NCBI GenBank assembly: GCA_050506795.1
Contig: JBJHCF010000041.1
Location: 1 to 50,145 of the forward strand
DNA from: Opitutia bacterium
GTDB lineage: Bacteria; Verrucomicrobiota; Verrucomicrobiia; Opitutales; T3Sed10-336
DNA length: 50,145 nucleotides
Reading direction: 5' to 3'
Shown one piece after another: positions 43,955-50,145 of this stretch. The position numbers were made by a program, and so were the translations under genes. Each line of letters begins with the position of its first letter. The stretch's first letter is position 1. The notes beneath the pieces are model-generated. The model was not told the DNA's origin and ran no database searches. It worked only from the letters and a program-made list of their open reading frames with translations.

Positions 43955-44226
43955 GCCGGGCTGGAGCCCGGCGTTCCCAGGGGGAAGAGGCGTGGCCCGG
44001 GAACCCCGAGCTCCAGCTCGGGAGACCGTAATATTTCGGAGCCCGAACCTTCCGCTGCCGTACTGCTCCGCGGCCAGTCCTCGTGTGAATCACAAAGACC
44101 GGCTTGTACCGGGTTGCGGTGGATGTAGTCGATCACCTGATGAAAGTGGCGTTCGTCGCGGATATAACGATCCCAGTACTCGCGCATCCAAAAGGCCTTC
44201 CCGGGAGCGCCGAGCTCCAACTCGGT
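43955..44226. repeat. Three ~27-bp palindromic REP-like elements
   Basis: Consensus CCYGGGARCSCCGRGCTCCARCYCGG at 43955-43981 (reverse), 43996-44022 and 44200-44226. Confidence 0.8.
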
Positions 44227-44232
44227 ATTCCA
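44055..44232 (-). mobile_element. 3' fragment of a REP-associated tyrosine (Y1/RAYT) transposase
   Basis: FWMREYWDRYIRDERHFHQVIDYIHRNPVQAGLC...EDWPRSS matches the RAYT C-terminus; the HUH N-terminus is absent. Confidence 0.8.
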
Positions 44233-44430
44233 CGCCACCATGTCGGCGAAACTCGCTCCCTCCGGGATCTTGATCGGCGCATACGGCTTGCCGGCGTATT
44301 TGTCGCTGGCGTATTTAATGAACAGCATGACCAGGACGTAGTCCTTGCACTGACTGGAATCCATGCCGCCGCGCAACTCGTCGCAGCTCGCCCAAAGGTG
44401 GGAGTAGAGTTAGGATTTTTTGATCGCCAT
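44233..44430 (-). pseudogene. hsdM: 5' fragment of a type I R-M methyltransferase HsdM with a nonsense codon
   Basis: MAIKKS*LYSHLWASCDELRGGMDSSQCKDYVLVMLFIKY...GASFADMVA; TAA at codon 7 (44410-44412); truncated after ~66 codons. Confidence 0.85.
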
Positions 44431-44500
44431 ACGGAACGGAATGTACCGGTTTTACCGGGGGGCGGAAACAGCCGCGAAAGCGGTGCCACCGAAAGGTTTC

Positions 44501-44632
44501 AGAAAAAGAAGGTTCCCGGCCCCGACCCCCTGAGTGCCAAGCCTTTTAGGCGGTTTCGGTCACGCCATTCATCGGTCCTGGAGACACTGAATGGCGGAAA
44601 TGGACGGCCCTTCGTCTCAAGGCAGGGGAAAC
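44501..44632 (-). ncRNA. Unassigned rod-like structured RNA candidate
   Basis: End-to-end pairing that needs G-U pairs on the minus strand, 9-bp apical stem CGCCAUUCA/UGAAUGGCG, internal bubble, trailing UUCUUUUU. Confidence 0.4.
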
Positions 44633-44652
44633 TCAAGTTTTACAAATCCCTG

Positions 44653-44697
44653 CGCGCGGAGGTTTCGCCGGTCAAAAACGTCTCAGCGTCTCCGCGC
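44653..44697 (-). terminator. Hairpin after the NUDIX gene
   Basis: GCGCGGAG...CTCCGCGC stem starting ~9 nt after the stop; weak U tract. Confidence 0.35.
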
Positions 44698-44705
44698 AAG
44701 AAAAT

Positions 44706-45524
44706 TCATCGATCACCTTCCTCGACCTCCTCGCTCGCCTCGCTGAGATAAAGCAGGGCGATGCATTCGCTGAGGTGTTCGCGGGGGACGCAGAGGTCGC
44801 TTTCCATCGGATTTTTCTGACCGAACATCCCGTGGCCCGCGTGACCCAGCCAGTGCTGGTCGCGCTCCACGCTGGCGGGAAATCCGGCGCTTTCCAGGAA
44901 ACCCCGCATGATCTGCAGGCGGTCCGGGGTTTCCGAATGCAGCAGGTACCATCCGCTGCGGTCCTTTTCCGGCACGATGTACCGGGTCTGGCGCCACATA
45001 AAAAACAGGGTGCGAAAGGAAACGGCAAAGGCCTCCGGCGTCTTGACCAGGGCGTCCACCACTTCGTCCAGACCCCACCAGCGCAAACCCGCCACTTCCA
45101 ACGGGTCTGGTTTGAACGCCTTCCGCCCCGACACTTTCTCCACGTAAAGCTGCACCCACTCCTGCTCGGTAAGCTCGCTCGCCTCCAAATGTAAAACCGG
45201 CGCCGGATCGACACAGCGATAGCCGATTTCCTCCTCGGCTTCACGCAACATGGCCTCATCATACCCCTGCCCCGCTGTCACGTGCCCGGACGCCGACGAA
45301 TCCCAGCACCCCGGCCAGGACGCCTTGGCGTCCGAACGCTTCTGCAGGAGAATTCGATCCCCCTCCCCCACCAGGAACAAATGCACCGCCCGGTGCGGGT
45401 GCCCGTTCGCATGTACCTCCCGCCGCGACGCCTGTCCCACCACGCGGTCGTTGTCGTCCACAATGTCCAGCGGCTCCTCGGATTGATCGCCCGAAGAGCC
45501 CGAAATACGCATAGAATCAGCCAT
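44706..45524 (-). CDS. NUDIX hydrolase (IDI/YfcD-like) with a C-terminal DUF2007-like domain
   Basis: HRAVHLF, LQKRS, WDSSASGHV, REAEEEIG Nudix box; tail IMRGFLESAGFP...LCVP. Confidence 0.8.
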   Translation of the reverse strand: MADSMRISGSSGDQSEEPLDIVDDNDRVVGQASRREVHANGHPHRAVHLFLVGEGDRILLQKRSDAKASWPGCWDSSASGHVTAGQGYDEAMLREAEEEIGYRCVDPAPVLHLEASELTEQEWVQLYVEKVSGRKAFKPDPLEVAGLRWWGLDEVVDALVKTPEAFAVSFRTLFFMWRQTRYIVPEKDRSGWYLLHSETPDRLQIMRGFLESAGFPASVERDQHWLGHAGHGMFGQKNPMESDLCVPREHLSECIALLYLSEASEEVEEGDR

Positions 45525-45663
45525 AAGTCTTTGCCGGAACTATGTCGCGTATCCGGCCGAGGTCGAATCAAGTCTGCAATTATCACGATTCGAAAACGGG
45601 TCACGAAAAACGAATAGCGAATAACAAAAAACCGACCTCCGTCCCCCAAAATAAATACTTTCA

Positions 45664-45722
45664 AGCGAAATTTTTCGCTATTAGCGCTTGACTTCACCCT
45701 CATATCGCGAAATTATTCGCTA
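45664..45722 (+). promoter_or_regulatory. Two palindromic operators flanking a TTGACT -35 box of the blaI-like operon
   Basis: AGCGAAATTTTTCGCT (45664-45679) and CGCGAAATTATTCGCT (45706-45721); TTGACT at 45688-45693. Confidence 0.7.
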
Positions 45723-45777
45723 CAAATCACCAATCCTTCCCTTTTATTTAATCCAAGGACAAAGGACCACATCGCTT

Positions 45778-46191
45778 ATGGACGACCACCACAATTTGAG
45801 CCGCCGCGAAACGCAAATCATGGACCTTCTTTACGCCGAGGGCGAATTGACCGTAAACGGGATCCGGGAGCGTCTGCCAGAGCCGCCTACGCCGATGTCT
45901 ATCCGGACTTTCCTCGGCATCCTTGCGGACAAGGGTCTTGTCAAACGGCGCAAAGAGGGCCGCGGTTTCGTCTACAGCCCTAAAACCCGGCGCAGTCGCG
46001 CCGGCAGCCGGAACCTGCAAAAGGTAATTCGGACTTTCTTCGACGGCTCAATCGAAAAAGCGATCGGCGCCTGTCTTGCGGACAATTCCACCCGTCTCAC
46101 CCCCGAAGAACGCGAACGCCTCCACCGCCTGATTGATGAAACCGGCAGTGCAGAAACAAAACAATCTCACTCCAACAAGAATGCCCGATGA
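45778..46191 (+). CDS. BlaI/MecI/CopY family repressor
   Basis: LSRRETQIMDLLY, IRTFLGILADKG, GRGFVYSP, FFDGS; ATG at 45778. Confidence 0.93.
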   Translation: MDDHHNLSRRETQIMDLLYAEGELTVNGIRERLPEPPTPMSIRTFLGILADKGLVKRRKEGRGFVYSPKTRRSRAGSRNLQKVIRTFFDGSIEKAIGACLADNSTRLTPEERERLHRLIDETGSAETKQSHSNKNAR

Positions 46192-49100
46192 ATATCACCG
46201 TTTCGCTGCTCGTTGAATCGGCCTTAAAGGGCACCGCGATTCTCGCCTTCGCGACGATCCTGGTGATCGTCCTGCGTAACAGCTCCGCCTCCCGGAAATA
46301 CGCTGTCTGGTCCTCCGCATTGATGGGAATGCTGCTGCTGCCTTTCATCACCGCCCTCCTGCCCCGAATTCAGGTTGTCCCGCGTGTGGGTCTGCCGGGA
46401 GAGTCCCCACAATCCCACGTGGCCGAAGCACAGCCCTCTCCTGCCGACGTGTTATCCCCGGCGCCGGGAGACACAGCCAATCCGGAATCGGCTTTCGCCG
46501 CATCGAGCGTCACGCATACCACCGCTCGGGCCGCCGACAACCCGAATCGGACCGTCCGCTCGGCAATTTCCAGGGAGCGCACCGAGGGGACAGCGGCCGG
46601 CGCAAGCGCCGAACCGGTCGCAATTCAAGCTTCCCCGGGGGATCGAATCCCTTCAACCCTCGCAGTCATTTGGTTGGCGGGATTCTCCCTTGCCATTTTG
46701 CCAATCCTGATTGGGTACATCGGCGTCCGGCGATTGACGCGCCGGTCAACCGCGATTGAACGCGGACCCATATTCGACTTCCTGATGGAAGCAAAGCGGA
46801 CGCTTGGAGTACAGGTTCCCGTTCGCCTGCTGCTGGGCCCTCCCGGCGCAATGCCGATGACCTGGGGGATCGGCCTGGAAAAACCGGCGACCATTCTCCT
46901 CTCGGCTGAAGCCAACGAGTGGAGCGAAGACCGTCTTCGCCGGGTGCTGCTGCACGAACTCGCCCACATTCGGCGACACGACTGCCTGACCCAGTCCCTC
47001 GGACGCCTGGCCTGCTCCGTGTATTGGTTTCACCCGTGGGTCTGGGTCGCTCTCGCCCGCATGCTGATCGAACGCGAACGCGCGTGCGACGACATCGTGC
47101 TCCGGCATTCCACCTCCCCGTCCACCTATGCCCGTGATCTCGTGGATATCGCCAGCAGGACCGACACCACCTTGCCCGCCGCCCGCGCCGCCATCGCAAT
47201 GGCGCGCCCGAACAAATTCGATACGCGCCTCCGAGCGATTCTCGACCCGCGACGCAATCGCAACGGGCTCAGCAAACGCCTGCTTATGGGCCTGGTTTTG
47301 TTTACCGCGTTGATCTCCCTGCCCGTCGCTTCGTTACAATGGGCGGCGACGCCACCACCCGAGGAGCCAAGCACCGCAACCGAAAGCCAGTTCGAGCGCG
47401 CCATGGACTTTCGTCTGATCGATGCGAACACCGGACGTCCGGTCGGCAACGCCGACGTTCAAGCCACGAATCCCCCCGGACTGCGCACCGTGGCGACGGA
47501 GGAGGAAGGTCACTGGGTTATCGAGCTTCCCGAGGATCGTTCGTATTTTATTATCAAGGTCTACGCCGACGACTACGCTCCCGTCTGGCTACTTTGGAAC
47601 AACCTTCAATTACAGGATCCCTTGCCCGAGAGTCACACCTTGCCACTCGAACGGGGACGGCCGATGGGAGGGATGGTCGTTGATGACACCGGAGCCCCGG
47701 TTGCCGGCGCCACCGTCGCTCTCTGGTTCGACAGGGAGAGAGCGGGCAGGGCCAGGCTCATCGACCCGTCGATCGAAACCGGAGAGGACGGCCGATGGGA
47801 GTATCCGGTCGTTCCCGAAGACATCAAAGATGTCACCATCGGCGCCCATCATCCCGACTACGCAAGTCACCACCCAAGTGCCAGTTCGTACCTCATGTAC
47901 TCGTACGAACCGATTTCGGATCTTCGCGACGGGACGGCAACCTACGTCCTCAAGCGCGGAGAACCGCTCGAAGGGATCGTCGTCGATCCGGTGGGCGTTC
48001 CAATGGAGGGTGTCGGTGTTGGTATAGGCCCCAACCGAACCATCCACAACCGGGTGCCGGAGTTTGTGACCGATGCCGACGGACGATTTCGGCTCCGCGT
48101 GCACCCTGACGAAGAAGTCGTGCTTTTCGTAAACCATCCTGGATACGCGCCCGAAGTCGCCCGCTTCCACAGCGGCGAACGACCGGACGAGGTTCGGATA
48201 CAGCTTTCACCCGGACGAACGCTGACCGGCCAGGTCGTCAACTCAGCCGGCCCTATCGCGGACGCGACCGTTGTCATGTGGGAGTGGCGGGACACCCGTT
48301 CGCTCAACCATCGTATGCGGACCGACGAAGAGGGGCGCTTCGAATGGAATGAAGCCCCCGAGGACACGGTGTTGGCCTCGGCGCATGTTTCCGGCTACAC
48401 AACCAAGCGCGACATTCCGGTCCGGGCGGGACAGGAAAACCTCATTCACATCACCTCCGAACCCACCGTTCGCGGCACCGTCGTGGACGCCGAAACCGGC
48501 GAGCCCGTGCGGCACTTTAACCTTGCCACTCCCGGGAATTGGTTTGTGAGCGCTGAGCCTCCGGAGCCCATCAATTGGGAAGTCAAACCCGAGCACCGGT
48601 TCGACAGCGAAGACGGCTCGTTCGAATTCACCGTCAGCGGCGACTTCCATCTCTGGACCGCGCGGGTTGAGGTTGAAGGGTACGGCCTCGCCCACTCCGA
48701 AACCTTTGCGGTGGACGCCGGAGACCAGGTGCTGACGTTCGAATTGGAGCGAGCGGATTGGGTGACGGCACATGTGAGCGACAACGCGGGCCGAGCGGCG
48801 ACCGGTGCCAGGGTTTTTCTCGCACCACGAGGCGCTTCCCTGTCGTTTGAAAACGGCGATCTCGAGATCGACCGCCGGAATATTCTCAAGGAAACCACCG
48901 ACAGCAACGGCCGATTCTCCTTTCCCCCGCAGCAGGGGCCGTTCCTGCTCGTCGTGTTCCACGAAACCGGATACGCGGAACTGACGGCGGAGGAGGTTCC
49001 CGAGTCCGGCGAGGTCATCCTTCGGCCCTGGGCCCGGCTTCAAGGTGAAGCGTGGGTTCGCGGCGAGCCGGCTTCCAATTACGAAATCTCAAGCCGGTAC

Positions 49101-49658
49101 TCTCAACCTGCCACTGCGGACCGTCCCTATTTGACCTATATGGTTACGACGTCCGCGGATGCCGAAGGACATTTTGTCTTCGATCGAATTCCGGCCGGCG
49201 AGGTCCACGTCACCCGCATCGTTCGAGACCGCACAACACCCTTCATCAGCCGAAACGCCCATCAAAAGTCCACAACGGCACACCTTGAAGCCGGTGAAAC
49301 CGAACGGGTCGTGATCGGCGGAACCGGACGCCCGGTCACGGGGCGTGTTTCCCTTGAACACTTGGAAGGGATCGAGTGGGTCGCCCCAACCGCGAGAGTG
49401 ACCAAACCAGAAGAACCGACGGGAGGAAGCGACTCGTTCCGGCACGATTTTGTTCTGCGGGCGGACGGCTCCTTTCGTATCGAGGATTTGGATCCGGGAG
49501 ACTACTCAATCAATATCGCTTTCAGGGAAGCTCCGCCCAGCGGACGATACCGCTCCCTGGCAAACGTGGTTCACACTTTCACCGTACAGGAATTTGAAGG
49601 CCCTCACAACGACGACCCAATCGAGCTGCCATTGCTGGGAATGGAACGAATCGACTGA
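46188..49658 (+). CDS. BlaR1-type M56 metallopeptidase fused to multiple carboxypeptidase-regulatory-like beta-sandwich repeats
   Basis: TM region, LLHELAHIRRHD, WFHPWVW, ERERACDD; repeated G.VVD..G.PV.GA / TD.DGRF modules. Confidence 0.9.
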   Translation: MNITVSLLVESALKGTAILAFATILVIVLRNSSASRKYAVWSSALMGMLLLPFITALLPRIQVVPRVGLPGESPQSHVAEAQPSPADVLSPAPGDTANPESAFAASSVTHTTARAADNPNRTVRSAISRERTEGTAAGASAEPVAIQASPGDRIPSTLAVIWLAGFSLAILPILIGYIGVRRLTRRSTAIERGPIFDFLMEAKRTLGVQVPVRLLLGPPGAMPMTWGIGLEKPATILLSAEANEWSEDRLRRVLLHELAHIRRHDCLTQSLGRLACSVYWFHPWVWVALARMLIERERACDDIVLRHSTSPSTYARDLVDIASRTDTTLPAARAAIAMARPNKFDTRLRAILDPRRNRNGLSKRLLMGLVLFTALISLPVASLQWAATPPPEEPSTATESQFERAMDFRLIDANTGRPVGNADVQATNPPGLRTVATEEEGHWVIELPEDRSYFIIKVYADDYAPVWLLWNNLQLQDPLPESHTLPLERGRPMGGMVVDDTGAPVAGATVALWFDRERAGRARLIDPSIETGEDGRWEYPVVPEDIKDVTIGAHHPDYASHHPSASSYLMYSYEPISDLRDGTATYVLKRGEPLEGIVVDPVGVPMEGVGVGIGPNRTIHNRVPEFVTDADGRFRLRVHPDEEVVLFVNHPGYAPEVARFHSGERPDEVRIQLSPGRTLTGQVVNSAGPIADATVVMWEWRDTRSLNHRMRTDEEGRFEWNEAPEDTVLASAHVSGYTTKRDIPVRAGQENLIHITSEPTVRGTVVDAETGEPVRHFNLATPGNWFVSAEPPEPINWEVKPEHRFDSEDGSFEFTVSGDFHLWTARVEVEGYGLAHSETFAVDAGDQVLTFELERADWVTAHVSDNAGRAATGARVFLAPRGASLSFENGDLEIDRRNILKETTDSNGRFSFPPQQGPFLLVVFHETGYAELTAEEVPESGEVILRPWARLQGEAWVRGEPASNYEISSRYSQPATADRPYLTYMVTTSADAEGHFVFDRIPAGEVHVTRIVRDRTTPFISRNAHQKSTTAHLEAGETERVVIGGTGRPVTGRVSLEHLEGIEWVAPTARVTKPEEPTGGSDSFRHDFVLRADGSFRIEDLDPGDYSINIAFREAPPSGRYRSLANVVHTFTVQEFEGPHNDDPIELPLLGMERID

Positions 49659-49841
49659 TACTTGCCGAGCGGTACTGCTCGTTATCACGTTTTCGTACTG
49701 CCCGCTGCATCAAGCACCCTACCCAGCGTCCGTTTTCAAGATTGCCCTATATGGTTTGGAAACATGATCACACAGAGGCACCGGCGACACGGAGCGAAGA
49801 AAAGGAAGGCGCCTCGCTGTTTGCTGTGGATTCCGTGGGCT

Positions 49842-50080
49842 GGCTGAAGCATGGCCCTCTTACGTAGCTCCGTGCTTTAGCCGGAGTTCCCTTCCCGGGA
49901 ACCGTCGTCCGCACACCGCACAGAACGCCCGCTGAAGCAGGGCGCTACGAGTTTCGTACTCCCCCGTAGCTCCGTGCTTTTAGCCGGAGTTCCCTTCCCG
50001 GGAACAGCCGTCCGCACACCGCACAAACACCCGCTGAAGCAGGGCGCTACGATTTCCGCGTAGCTCCGCGCTTCAGCCGG
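49842..50080. repeat. GTAG-type REP array (REPIN/BIME-like): two ~88-bp direct repeats plus partial copies
   Basis: CGTAGCTCCGTGCTTTAGCCGGAG...CCCGCTGAAGCAGGGCGCTACG at 49863-49950 and 49965-50052; third left REP at 50059-50080; degenerate right REP near 49842-49864. Confidence 0.85.
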
Positions 50081-50145
50081 TCATTTCGGGGGTGCAAGTT
50101 CCCGGAAATCACTTTTCGGAGCCCACCTCAAATAGAGAAGATCCA

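Noticed and set aside
44410..44412. Stop-codon readthrough or recoding in hsdM
   Set aside because: TAA is the normal stop in many genes here and the gene is also truncated, so simple pseudogenisation explains it
44440..44500. GAAA-tetraloop hairpins resembling RNase P or c-di-GMP riboswitch fragments
   Set aside because: The GAGGAAAGUCC and GGCAAA...GCAAAG cores are absent; better explained as the hsdM promoter region
42534..49658. Beta-lactam resistance module (MBL plus BlaI/BlaR1)
   Set aside because: The MBL has no signal peptide, looks glyoxalase-II-like and is coupled to ffh; the BlaR1-like protein has no penicillin-binding domain
49768..49840. Degenerate CACAGAG/ACACGGAG-type repeat with a weak inverted partner
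   Set aside because: Too decayed to define a unit, and no associated gene is in view
49863..50080. Possible CRISPR array
   Set aside because: The linkers are near-identical rather than unique spacers, the repeats alternate in orientation, and no cas genes are present

Overview
GC-rich bacterial chromosome segment, most likely Verrucomicrobiota (Opitutia-like). This taxonomy is inferred from the PVC-type EF-Tu effector loop and the tRNA-Thr/tuf/tRNA-Trp/secE/nusG gene order. Layout: (1) 0.2-11.8 kb, a cell-surface glycan/LPS modification cluster with an MsbA-like flippase, four sulfotransferases, three GT4 glycosyltransferases, two kinase-fold proteins and an ICMT-type methyltransferase. (2) xylA-xylB. 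(3) The core tRNA-Thr-tuf-tRNA-Trp-secE-nusG-rplK-rplA-rplJ-rplL-rpoB-rpoC operon. (4) icd, an aminotransferase, a tandem ribbon-helix-helix protein with a histone H1-like tail, and an orphan MalK-type ATPase. (5) A housekeeping block: Lrp, aminotransferase, der, fmt, LysM, parB, secG, LolA-like, HAD, ffh, MBL hydrolase. (6) 43.3-44.7 kb, a collapsed relic of a type I R-M island (hsdM, RAYT, wHTH and four-helix-bundle fragments with REP-like repeats) next to an unassigned structured RNA candidate. (7) A NUDIX hydrolase, a BlaI/BlaR1(M56)-type pair with two palindromic operators, and a GTAG-type REP array. The most notable items are the sulfation-rich envelope locus, RpoC lacking all four Cys of the second zinc site, the RHH2-H1 protein, the chimeric island scar and the ~120-nt RNA candidate. 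All calls come from reading motifs by eye; no searches were run.
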